From: an uncultured Methylomirabilota bacterium
GTDB taxonomy: Bacteria; Methylomirabilota; Methylomirabilia; Methylomirabilales; 2-02-FULL-66-22
Direction of reading: 5' to 3'
DNA length: 64,000 bases
Assembly: GCA_963845565.1 (NCBI GenBank)
Contig: CAWJSJ010000005.1
Span: 128,001-192,000 of the forward strand
Shown here: positions 29,716 to 38,159 of the stretch, in pieces
Layout: the number at the start of each line of letters is the position of its first letter
Position numbering within the stretch: the stretch's first letter is position 1
Notes under the pieces: model-generated
Told to the model about the DNA's origin: nothing
Database searches by the model: none
Seen by the model: only the letters and a program-made list of their open reading frames with translations
Position numbers and translations under genes: made by a program

Positions 29716-30465
29716 ATGGAGTTCGCCGGACAGACAGCGATTGTTACCGGTGTGGCCCGCGGGTTCGGCCGCGCCATCGTCCGTCGGCTGGCGCGGGGCG
29801 GCGCCAGGGTCGTGGCGGCCGACATCAATCTGGCCGGAGCGCAGGAGACGGTCGGCCTGGTGAAGCAGGACGGCGTCGAGGCCATCGCGTTCCAGGTGGA
29901 CGTATCCTCGGCCACCAGCGTCGGGGCCATGGTGGAGACGGCGCTCACCAGGTACGGCAACCGCGTCGACATCCTGGTCAACAATGCCGGGATCTGGAAG
30001 CTCATCCCCACAGAAGAGACCAGCGAGGAGGAGTGGGACCGGATCGTCAATGTGAACATGAAGGGGACGTTCCTCTGCTGTCGGGCGGTCATCCCCATCA
30101 TGCGCAAGCAAGGCAAGGGCCACATCGTGAACATCGCGTCCATCGCCGCGCGGAACGGCGGGACGATGGCGGGGATCCACTACGTGGCGTCCAAGGGCGG
30201 CGTCCTGGCGATGACCAAGAAGCTGGGGAAGGAGCTGGGCCAGTACGGGATCGTGGTCAACGGCATCAATCCCGGGACCAGCGGCACCGAGATGACCAAG
30301 GATTGGCCCCAGAGCATCATGGAGGGGATCGTCAAGAACACGCCACTGGGGCGCCTGGTGGCTCCCGAGGACATCGCCGACGTCGTAGGCTTCCTGGCCT
30401 CTGATGCCGCCCGCTTCGTCCATGGCGAGACGGTGGAGGTGAACGGCGGCATCCTCTGCGACTAG
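29716..30465 (+). CDS. Short-chain dehydrogenase/reductase
   Basis: TGVARGFG, NNAG and YVASK motifs. Confidence 0.93.
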   Translation: MEFAGQTAIVTGVARGFGRAIVRRLARGGARVVAADINLAGAQETVGLVKQDGVEAIAFQVDVSSATSVGAMVETALTRYGNRVDILVNNAGIWKLIPTEETSEEEWDRIVNVNMKGTFLCCRAVIPIMRKQGKGHIVNIASIAARNGGTMAGIHYVASKGGVLAMTKKLGKELGQYGIVVNGINPGTSGTEMTKDWPQSIMEGIVKNTPLGRLVAPEDIADVVGFLASDAARFVHGETVEVNGGILCD

Positions 30466-30590
30466 TCGGCTGCTGAAAAAGGCCCATCTGCGGCGTTGGC
30501 GTGCTCGGGCGCTCGCTGCGGCGTACCTGGAGTACGCCTCGCTCCGCCCTTTGCCCGCCGCCTTGCATCTGGACCTTTTTGAGCAGCCTG
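30463..30590. mobile_element. CAGGCTGCTGAAAA MITE, copy 4
   Basis: TAGTCGGCTGCTGAAAAAGG...CCTTTTTGAGCAGCCTG directly after the SDR stop. Confidence 0.82.
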
Positions 30591-30633
30591 AGGAGAAGTG
30601 GGTCCTTCTGCGACCTGGACTACGAAAGGGTTG

Positions 30634-30700
30634 ACGGTTCGTTGGTTCGGCAGTTCGGTGTTTCCGAGTACCGCCGAACTGCCGAACTCTCGAACCGTCC
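30634..30700. repeat. Inverted array of 8-mer tandem repeats
   Basis: (nnRGTTCG)x3 ... (CGAACYnn)x3. Confidence 0.6.
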
Positions 30701-30725
30701 AACGGTTCATTCTGGGGGGGTAGCC

Positions 30726-31910
30726 ATGCGCTGGGTTCTGCTCAAGGACGGGCACGTGTTCGACCCCGAGGATCGGGGGGCGGCCGATGTCTTGTTGCTG
30801 GGGCGAGAGATTGTCGCCGTCGGGCCGGGTTTGGCAGCGCCGACGGGGGTCGGCGAGGGCGAGATCGTGGACGTCTCGGGTCACATGATGCTCCCCGGTC
30901 TCATTGACCCGCATATCCACGTCATGGGTGCAAGCGGGATGGGGGGACCCACCACGCGGAGCACGGACCTGCAGATCGAGCGGATCGCCGGCGTGGGTGT
31001 GACGACCGTCGTCTCCCCCCTGGGAGCCGACAGCCTGAGCCGGGACATTCCGTGTTTGCTGGCGCGTGCCGCCGCGCTGGAGTGCGAGGGGATCAGCGCC
31101 TACTGTTACACGGGGGGTTGGAAGAACCCGGTGCCGACGCTCAGCGGTGACCCGCAGGCGGATGTCGCCTATGTGGACCGGATTCTCGGAGTGAAGGTCG
31201 CGATCTCCGAGCCGATGTCTCCCGCGTACACCATCGAGGAGCTGTCCCGGCTGGCTCATGCGGCCTGGACCGGCGGCCGGCTGGCCGGGAAGCGCGCCGT
31301 GCTGCACATCCACGCCGGAGATCATCCGGACGGTCTCGCACCCGTGCTGGAAGTGCAACGGCGGACGGGCATCCCGGCAGACCGGCTGATGGTGACGCAC
31401 GTCAATCGCAACCCCGACCTCTGGCGTCAGGCGGTCGAGTTCGCCAGGGCGGGAGGCAGCATCGACCTCACGACGATGCAGCGGCCGGAGACCAACCACC
31501 TGCATGCCATCCCGGCGGCTCGCGCCATACGTGAGGCCCTGGAGTCGGGCGTGCCGGCGGCGCGGATGACCCTCTCGACGGACACCGGCGTGCCGTATCC
31601 AAGATTGGATGGAGCGGGTAATGTCGTCGGCCTCTACATGGCGGGGCCCGACGCCATCCTGGAAACCCTTCGCGAGTTGGTCCAGACGGGATTCTCGTGG
31701 GGGGAGGCCGCCGCGTTCGCGACGGTCCATACGGCCCACATCCTCGGTCTCTCGCGAAAGGGCCGGCTCGCGGCGGGGGCGGATGCCGACATCCTGGTTC
31801 TGGATGGGGCGGGCGAAGTCGACCGCGTGTTTGCGCGGGGCCGGGAGATGGTGGCGGATGGACAACCGGTCGTCCGTGGCCCCTTCGGGGCTCCGGCTGT
31901 GCAGCGATGA
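30726..31910 (+). CDS. IadA-like (isoaspartyl dipeptidase family) amidohydrolase with divergent substrate pocket
   Basis: PGLIDPHIH, GVK, HIH, THVNRN, STD and KGRL.AGADAD motifs. Confidence 0.85.
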   Translation: MRWVLLKDGHVFDPEDRGAADVLLLGREIVAVGPGLAAPTGVGEGEIVDVSGHMMLPGLIDPHIHVMGASGMGGPTTRSTDLQIERIAGVGVTTVVSPLGADSLSRDIPCLLARAAALECEGISAYCYTGGWKNPVPTLSGDPQADVAYVDRILGVKVAISEPMSPAYTIEELSRLAHAAWTGGRLAGKRAVLHIHAGDHPDGLAPVLEVQRRTGIPADRLMVTHVNRNPDLWRQAVEFARAGGSIDLTTMQRPETNHLHAIPAARAIREALESGVPAARMTLSTDTGVPYPRLDGAGNVVGLYMAGPDAILETLRELVQTGFSWGEAAAFATVHTAHILGLSRKGRLAAGADADILVLDGAGEVDRVFARGREMVADGQPVVRGPFGAPAVQR

Positions 31911-31926
31911 GCAGGAAAGGGTGTTC

Positions 31927-33018
31927 ATGACGACGTATCGCATCACGGTCGTTCCTGGGGACGGCATTGGCCACGAAGTCATGGCGGAAGCGCGGAAGGT
32001 GCTCGGGGCGGTGGAGAACGCGTTCCCGGGGCTGTCCTTTGCGTGCCAGGAGTTTCCGGCCGGCGCCAAGTGTTGCCAGGAGACGGGGACCGATCTTCCC
32101 GAGGCGACCCTGGCCGCCTGCAAGGCAGCCGATGCCATCCTCTTCGGTGCGGCTGGGTGGCCCGGTCTGACGCTTCCGGATGGGACGGACATCCGTCCGC
32201 AAATCAAGCTGCGCAAGCTCCTGGACCTGTACGCCGGCGTCCGACCGATCAAGCGGTACGCCGGCCTGCGCCCCGTGCTGGCCGGAGATCCGGCCATCGA
32301 CTATGTCATCCTTCGAGAGAATACCGAGGGGCTATTCGCCTCCGAGGGGGGCGGCGCCCGCGTCGGAGAGCATGTTGCGGTGGACAGCCTGGTGATCACG
32401 CGGCCCGGGACCGAGCGGATCGTCCGGTGGGCCTTTCGGCTGGCCGGGCGACGGCCGGGGGCGCGAGCCGACGGCGTGCGTCGGGTGACCTGCGTGGATA
32501 AGGCAAACGTCTTCCAGAGCATGGCCTTCTTCCGACGGGTCTTCGACGAGGTGGCACGGGAGTTTCCGGGGATCCAGGCCGAGCACGCCCACATCGACGC
32601 CATGACGCTGTTCATGGTGACGCGGCCGCTCCGGTACGATGTCCTGGTCACGGAGAACCTGTTCGGGGACATCCTCTCTGATCTGGGCGCGGGCACCGTG
32701 GGCGGACTGGGGGTTGCCCCGTCCGGCGACATCGGCGACACCTACGGCCTCTTCCAGCCATCGCACGGGACCGCGCCGGACATCGCCGGTAAGGGGATCG
32801 CCAACCCCATCGCCCAGATCCTCTCGGCCCGCATGATGCTGGAGTGGCTGGGCGAGACGAAAGACGACCCGCAGTGCGCACAGGCCGCGCAGGCGATCGA
32901 GCGGGCGGTCGAGAAGACCCTGGCAGATCGAACGTATCACACGGCCGATCTCGGTGGCTCGGCCAAGACGGCGGCGGTGGGGGACGCGGTGGCCAAGGCT
33001 GTTCGGAGGGGCGATTAG
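31927..33018 (+). CDS. Isocitrate/isopropylmalate/tartrate dehydrogenase family protein
   Basis: PGDGIG, RENTEG, DKANV, NLFGDILSD and HGTAPDIAGKG motifs. Confidence 0.92.
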   Translation: MTTYRITVVPGDGIGHEVMAEARKVLGAVENAFPGLSFACQEFPAGAKCCQETGTDLPEATLAACKAADAILFGAAGWPGLTLPDGTDIRPQIKLRKLLDLYAGVRPIKRYAGLRPVLAGDPAIDYVILRENTEGLFASEGGGARVGEHVAVDSLVITRPGTERIVRWAFRLAGRRPGARADGVRRVTCVDKANVFQSMAFFRRVFDEVAREFPGIQAEHAHIDAMTLFMVTRPLRYDVLVTENLFGDILSDLGAGTVGGLGVAPSGDIGDTYGLFQPSHGTAPDIAGKGIANPIAQILSARMMLEWLGETKDDPQCAQAAQAIERAVEKTLADRTYHTADLGGSAKTAAVGDAVAKAVRRGD

Positions 33019-33110
33019 GCGATTGGGCAATTGGGGAACCGGGAAAGTGAGTCGGGGTCGCGGCAGCGCTCTTCCTGATTGCCGAAGTGCCTGATTGCCG
33101 AGTCGCCCTG
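33009..33110. repeat. Inverted array of 8-mer tandem repeats (TTGGGCAA-like)
   Basis: TTAGGCGA TTGGGCAA TTGGGGAA ... TTGCCGAA GTGCCTGA TTGCCGAG. Confidence 0.6.
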
Positions 33111-33152
33111 TCCACGTCTTCCGTTGAAGGCGCCGACAGGGCCGGGGGAAAG

Positions 33153-33974
33153 ATGGATCTGCGCGGCGTGATCGAGTTGCACGTGCACGCGGGGCCGGAC
33201 GTACGGCCCCGCAAGATGGACGCGCTGACCTTGGTCCGGACGGCCAGGGCGGCGGGTATGCGCGCACTGCTGCTCAAGTCTCACGACACGATCACGGCCG
33301 ATCTGGCGCAGATCGTCGAAGCGGCCGTCGGCGGCATCCGGGTCTTCGGCGCTGTGACCCTGAACGAGGCCGTGGGAGGATTCAACCCCTCGGCGGTGAA
33401 GGCGGCCCTGGCTCTCGGAGTCAGAGAGGTCTTCATGCCGACCTTCTCGGCCGCCCATCACCGGCGGCAGGACAGGAGAGACGGCGGCCTGACCGTCCTG
33501 GACGGCGCCGGGCGGATGCGCAACGAGGTGAGGCAGATCCTCGACCTCGTGGCCCAGGCGGATGCGATCCTGGGGACCTCACACCTGGCGCCCGAGGAGA
33601 GCCTGGCCCTGGTTCGGGCGGCGCGCCAGGCGGGGGTTCACAAGGTCCTGGTCAGCCACCCCGAGATCAGCTTTCTGGCCATCCCGCTGGACATTCAGCG
33701 GGCCATGGCGGCTGAAGGCGCATACTTCGAACGGATGCACCTGCACGGGAATAGTTGCGTTGACTGGGCAGGTCTCGCTGCGGTGATGCGGGCGGTGGGG
33801 ATTGACCGGACGGTCCTGGTGACCGACCTGGGTCGGCCGGACGCGGTCGATCCCGTCGCCGGCATGCAGGAGATGCTGGAGGAACTGGAAAAGCAGGGCT
33901 TCAGCCGGGCCGAGCTGGATCGCATGGCGCGGCAAACCCCGGCGCGCCTGCTGAATCTGGACGATGAGGCATAG
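33153..33974 (+). CDS. DUF6282-like metal-dependent TIM-barrel protein
   Basis: HVHAGPD..PR, LKSH, LN..VGG.NP, SHP, TDLG and PA.LL motifs. Confidence 0.8.
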   Translation: MDLRGVIELHVHAGPDVRPRKMDALTLVRTARAAGMRALLLKSHDTITADLAQIVEAAVGGIRVFGAVTLNEAVGGFNPSAVKAALALGVREVFMPTFSAAHHRRQDRRDGGLTVLDGAGRMRNEVRQILDLVAQADAILGTSHLAPEESLALVRAARQAGVHKVLVSHPEISFLAIPLDIQRAMAAEGAYFERMHLHGNSCVDWAGLAAVMRAVGIDRTVLVTDLGRPDAVDPVAGMQEMLEELEKQGFSRAELDRMARQTPARLLNLDDEA

Positions 33975-33989
33975 ACCGCCAAGGGGGCA

Positions 33990-34095
33990 ACGATAGGTTT
34001 CGGCAATTGGGCAATTCGGCGATTCGGCAACTGGGCAGGCGAAGCGAGCGGATGTTCCTGGTTGCCGGATTACCCAATCGCCAAATTGCCTGAAG
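33990..34095. repeat. Inverted array of 8-mer tandem repeats
   Basis: TTCGGCAA TTGGGCAA TTCGGCGA TTCGGCAA CTGGGCA ... TTGCCGGA TTACCCAA TCGCCAAA TTGCCTGA. Confidence 0.68.
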
Positions 34096-34105
34096 GAGGT
34101 TCGGA

Positions 34106-35149
34106 ATGGAACGACCGATTCTTGGAATCACCATGGGGGACCCGGCGAGCATCGGGCCCGAGATCGCGGCCAAGGCGTTGGCGGAAGCCGACGTGTACGC
34201 GAAGTCCCGCCCGTTCATCCTGGGGGACAAGGCCATCATGGCGGACACGCTGCGGTTCACGAAGCTCCCGTTGACGCTCCACCCCATCGCCGCGCTCCAG
34301 GAGGCTCGCTTCACGCTCGGAACGCTGGACGTGCTGGACTTCTCCAATGTGACCATGGCCGCGCACCAGTACGGTAAAGTCAGCGCCATGTGCGGCAAGG
34401 CCTCGGTCGAGTACATCGAGAAGGGCATCGCCATGGCCATGGCAAACCAGATCGACGCCGTGGTCACGGGGCCCATCCACAAGGAGTCCATCAACCAGGC
34501 GGGTTGCCCGCACCCGGGCCACACCGAGATCTTCGGCACGCTGACGGGCACCAAGGACTACGCCATGATGCTGGTAGGTGGCGATCTGCGGGTGGTGCAC
34601 GTCTCCACGCACGTCTCCCTCCGCCAGGCGATCGAGCGGACCAAGAAGCCACGCATCCTCACCGTGATCCGTCTGGCCAACCGGGCCTTGAAGGCGCTCG
34701 GGATCGCCGAACCTAAGATCGCCGTGGCCGGGCTGAATCCCCACGCCGGTGAGCACGGCCTCTTTGGGGACGAAGAGATCAAGGAAATCATCCCGGCCAT
34801 CGAGGCGGCGCGGGCAGAGGGGATCGCCGCGGAGGGGCCCATCGCGCCGGACACCGTCTTCGGCCGGACGCGGGGCGGCCTCTACGACATCGTGGTCTGC
34901 ATGTACCACGACCAGGGGCACATTCCCCTCAAGACTCTCGGCTTCACCTTCGACAAGGCCACCCAGAAATGGACCTCGGTGGCGGGGGTGAACGTCACGC
35001 TCGGCCTGCCGATCATCCGAACCTCCGTGGACCACGGGACCGCCTTCGGCAAAGCCGGAAAAGGCACCGCCGCCCACGACAGCATGCTGGACGCCATCGA
35101 GGTTGCGGTGAAACTGGCCCAGGGGCGGAAGCAGGGTTATTTCGCCTAG
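34106..35149 (+). CDS. pdxA: PdxA family dehydrogenase (probably catabolic PdxA2, tetronate-4-phosphate type)
   Basis: MGDPASIGPE, GHTE, STHVSL, NPHAGE, MYHDQG and RTSVDHGTA motifs. Confidence 0.93.
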   Translation: MERPILGITMGDPASIGPEIAAKALAEADVYAKSRPFILGDKAIMADTLRFTKLPLTLHPIAALQEARFTLGTLDVLDFSNVTMAAHQYGKVSAMCGKASVEYIEKGIAMAMANQIDAVVTGPIHKESINQAGCPHPGHTEIFGTLTGTKDYAMMLVGGDLRVVHVSTHVSLRQAIERTKKPRILTVIRLANRALKALGIAEPKIAVAGLNPHAGEHGLFGDEEIKEIIPAIEAARAEGIAAEGPIAPDTVFGRTRGGLYDIVVCMYHDQGHIPLKTLGFTFDKATQKWTSVAGVNVTLGLPIIRTSVDHGTAFGKAGKGTAAHDSMLDAIEVAVKLAQGRKQGYFA

Positions 35150-35173
35150 ACACCCTCCTCCTTGACTTCGTTA

Positions 35174-35203
35174 ACCACGGCCGCCCCTCGGGGCGGCCGT
35201 GGT
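35174..35203 (+). terminator. GC-rich hairpin after pdxA
   Basis: ACCACGGCCGCCC-ctcg-GGGCGGCCGTGGT; no U tract. Confidence 0.45.
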
Positions 35204-35286
35204 GCGTCGTCCGGTCATCGCGCGGGACTCCCTCCCTGGGGCTTGAAGGTCCCGGCACAATCCCCTCGTCGTTTTCTCGGCGGCGG

Positions 35287-35341
35287 TTGACACGAGGGGT
35301 GAGTTTGGGTATATTCGTCTTATAAAAATGATTTCCACGAT
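35287..35341 (+). promoter_or_regulatory. sigma70 promoter with IclR-type operator
   Basis: TTGACA-N17-TATATT (35287-35315) followed by AAAATGATTTCCA. Confidence 0.7.
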
Positions 35342-36233
35342 GCGAAAACATACCGAGACGGCGAGCCTCGGGTCGGCTCCGAGGGGTGCCGAGAGGCAGA
35401 CCAACGGCGGCGTCCAATCCGTCGTGCGGGCTCTCCGCCTGATTGACGCCTTGGGGGAGAGTCGGGGAGAGGTCGGGATCGCCGACCTCAGCAAGCGGGT
35501 CGGGCTGCATGTCAGTACGGCGCACCGCCTGCTGGCCACCTTAATTCAGCAGGGATACTGTCGCCAAAATCCCGAAACGGGCCGCTATGCGCTGGGCGCC
35601 AAGTTGTTTCATCTGGGGGAGGTCTGCCTCGGACAACTGGACCTTCGGGGATTGGCGCGTCCGTTCCTGGAGCGCCTGAGCCGGGAGACGGGGGAGACGG
35701 CAAACCTCGTGGTTCTGGATGGGCAGGAGGTGCTGTACCTGGACAAGGTCGAAAGCCCGCAGAACCTGCGGATCTTCTCCCGCATCGGTCACCGCGCCCC
35801 CCTCTATTGCACCGCGGTGGGTAAAGTCCTCTTGGCCTATCGCGCGGCGGCGGAGAGCGAGGCCCTGATGGGTAAGGAGCCCCTCAAGCCGCTCACCCGG
35901 CACACCGTCACCTCGCTGACCCGCCTCCGGCGGGAACTGGCGAAGGTGCGCGAGCAGGGCTTCGCGCTGGACAAGGAGGAGTGCGAGGAGGGGGCCTACT
36001 GCCTCGCCGTACCGGTACGAAACGCCCAGGGTCGGATCGAGGCAGCCTTGAGCGTCTCGGGCCCCACGGTGCGTCTGGGCGACCACCGCATTCCGGATCT
36101 TGTACCCCTCATGCGTCGGGCCAGCGAGCAATTGTCGGCCCAACTCGGTTTCGGTGGGCGAGGCGAACCCCCCGCCCCTATCTCCAAGGTATCTGAACCG
36201 CAAGGGAGGATTGCATGCCCAAGATGCCCGTGA
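35328..36233 (+). CDS. IclR/AllR family regulator (start may be 35340)
   Basis: VQSV.RAL, STAHRLL, GETANL, CTAVGK and ALSVSGP motifs. Confidence 0.94.
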   Translation: MISTMRKHTETASLGSAPRGAERQTNGGVQSVVRALRLIDALGESRGEVGIADLSKRVGLHVSTAHRLLATLIQQGYCRQNPETGRYALGAKLFHLGEVCLGQLDLRGLARPFLERLSRETGETANLVVLDGQEVLYLDKVESPQNLRIFSRIGHRAPLYCTAVGKVLLAYRAAAESEALMGKEPLKPLTRHTVTSLTRLRRELAKVREQGFALDKEECEEGAYCLAVPVRNAQGRIEAALSVSGPTVRLGDHRIPDLVPLMRRASEQLSAQLGFGGRGEPPAPISKVSEPQGRIACPRCP

Positions 36234-37963
36234 TGGAAGCTGCAGTGAAAATCATGGAGAGCGAAGGCGTAGACGTCTGCTTCGGGATTCCCGGAGCGGC
36301 CATCCTGCCTCTCTACAAGGCGCTCTCGAAGTCCAGCAAGATCAAGCACCTAACCATGCGGCATGAGGAAGGAGCCACCCACGCTGCCGACGGCTGGGCG
36401 CGCATCACGGGGAAGGTGGGCGTGGCCATCGGAACCTCTGGTCCCGCAGGCACGAACATGATTACCGGTCTGTACACGTGCATGGCCGACTCCATCCCGA
36501 TGGTGTGCATCACCGGCCAGGCGCTGAAGGCCAATCTCCACAAGGAGGCCTTCCAGGCGGTAGACATCGCCGAGATCGCCAAGCCGGTGGCCAAGAAGAC
36601 CTACTGCGTCAAGGAGGCTGCCCAGATCCCGCAGGTCTTCCGCGAAGCGTTCCGTATCGCCCGCGAGGGCCGGCCGGGCCCGGTCCTGATCGACCTGCCG
36701 CTGGACGTACAGCGGGGCGAGGTGGAATACGACCCCGACATCGACGCACCCCTCGAGGTCTTCAAGCCGTCGCCCGACGCCCGCAAGATCAAGCGGGCGA
36801 TGGAGATGCTCCTCAAGGCCGAGCGGCCGATCCTGATGATGGGCGGCGGGGTGATGCTGGCCCGCGCCAGCCAGCAGTTCGTCGAGCTGGCAGAGTACCT
36901 CCAGATCCCGGTCATCCCGACCTACATGGCGGAGGGGGGCATCGCCTTCGACCATCCGCTCTTCGGCGGGCGTGTCGGGCTGCAGACCAACACGCGAGGC
37001 GGAAATAAGCTGTTCCTGGAGTCGGACTTGGTGCTGGCTATCGGCGCCCGGTTCGCCGAGCGGCACACCGGGGATCTGGCCGTGTATCGCGGCGAGCGAA
37101 AGTTCATCCATGTCGACATCGAGCCGACGGTGATCGGGAAGGTCTTTCCGGCGGATCTCGGGATCGTGGCCGACGCCAAGCTGGCCATCGAGGGCCTGAC
37201 CCGGGTGGCCAAGGAGATGACGACGAAGCGCTCGCCCGGTGAATGGTCGAAGAAGGCGGCGGACTACAAGCGGCGCTTCCGGCGGAAGATGGATTTCGAC
37301 CAGGTGCCCATCAAACCGCAACGGGCCTTCAAGGAGATCAACGAGTTCTTCGATCCCGACACCATCTTCGTCACCGCCATCGGCCTCTACCAGATCTGGT
37401 CCGGCCAGTTCCAGGAGATCCAGAAGCCGTACACCTACTTCTGCTGCGGCCAGGCGGGTCCGTTGGGCTGGGAGGTGCCGGCCTGCATGGGGATCAAGCT
37501 GGGAAAGCCGGGCGCCCAGGTGGTGGGTATCGTGGGGGACTACTCGTTCCAGTTCCTGCTGGGAGACCTGGCCACGGCGGTTCAGAACAACGTGCCCTAC
37601 GTCATGATCATGCTGAACAACGGCTACCTGTCGCTGATCCGGCAGCCGTCCAAGTACATCTACGAGATGAACTACGCCGTGGACATCGGCTACGGGGACG
37701 GCTACGGCCCGGACTTCGTGAAGATCGTGGAGGGCTTCGGCGGCCTGGGCAAGCGGGTCATCCGTCCGGAAGAGATCAAGCCGGCTTTGGCCTGGGCGGT
37801 TGAAGAATCGAACCGCCGGAAGATCCCTGTGCTGGTCGAGATCCGCGAGGATCGCGACACCGACGCCGCCATGGGGGTCTCGATCGACAAGATCGTGGAA
37901 CGAGACCCGATCGTCGACATCCCTGCGGATGCACCCGCCAAGGAGCCGGCCGCGGTCCGCTAA
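36215..37963 (+). CDS. gcl: Glyoxylate carboligase
   Basis: GTSGPAGT, LHKEAFQAVDI, IKPQR, CGQAGPLGW, GDYSFQF and NNGYL.LIRQ motifs. Confidence 0.92.
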   Translation: MPKMPVMEAAVKIMESEGVDVCFGIPGAAILPLYKALSKSSKIKHLTMRHEEGATHAADGWARITGKVGVAIGTSGPAGTNMITGLYTCMADSIPMVCITGQALKANLHKEAFQAVDIAEIAKPVAKKTYCVKEAAQIPQVFREAFRIAREGRPGPVLIDLPLDVQRGEVEYDPDIDAPLEVFKPSPDARKIKRAMEMLLKAERPILMMGGGVMLARASQQFVELAEYLQIPVIPTYMAEGGIAFDHPLFGGRVGLQTNTRGGNKLFLESDLVLAIGARFAERHTGDLAVYRGERKFIHVDIEPTVIGKVFPADLGIVADAKLAIEGLTRVAKEMTTKRSPGEWSKKAADYKRRFRRKMDFDQVPIKPQRAFKEINEFFDPDTIFVTAIGLYQIWSGQFQEIQKPYTYFCCGQAGPLGWEVPACMGIKLGKPGAQVVGIVGDYSFQFLLGDLATAVQNNVPYVMIMLNNGYLSLIRQPSKYIYEMNYAVDIGYGDGYGPDFVKIVEGFGGLGKRVIRPEEIKPALAWAVEESNRRKIPVLVEIREDRDTDAAMGVSIDKIVERDPIVDIPADAPAKEPAAVR

Positions 37964-37989
37964 CCGCCACGCCTCATGACCGCACGCGA

Positions 37990-38030
37990 TCCGGGCACTC
38001 GGCCACGCGCCGAGTGCCCGGACGCTTTTT
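37990..38030 (+). terminator. Intrinsic terminator after gcl
   Basis: TCCGGGCACTCGGC/GCCGAGTGCCCGGA stem followed by CGCTTTTT. Confidence 0.7.
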
Positions 38031-38159
38031 GGCCTCCGCGTCCGGTGGGATCTTGCGTGGAAGAGCGCACAAGTGTGTACATGACTTGACGGGGTTGTCG
38101 GCTTGCCCATAGAGTAGACCCGGTGTCGGGTCCCGGCGCGAGCGCGTGGGAGGCACGTC

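Noticed and set aside
8039..30590. Repeats as a CRISPR array
   Set aside because: Dispersed copies, no repeat-spacer periodicity, no cas genes
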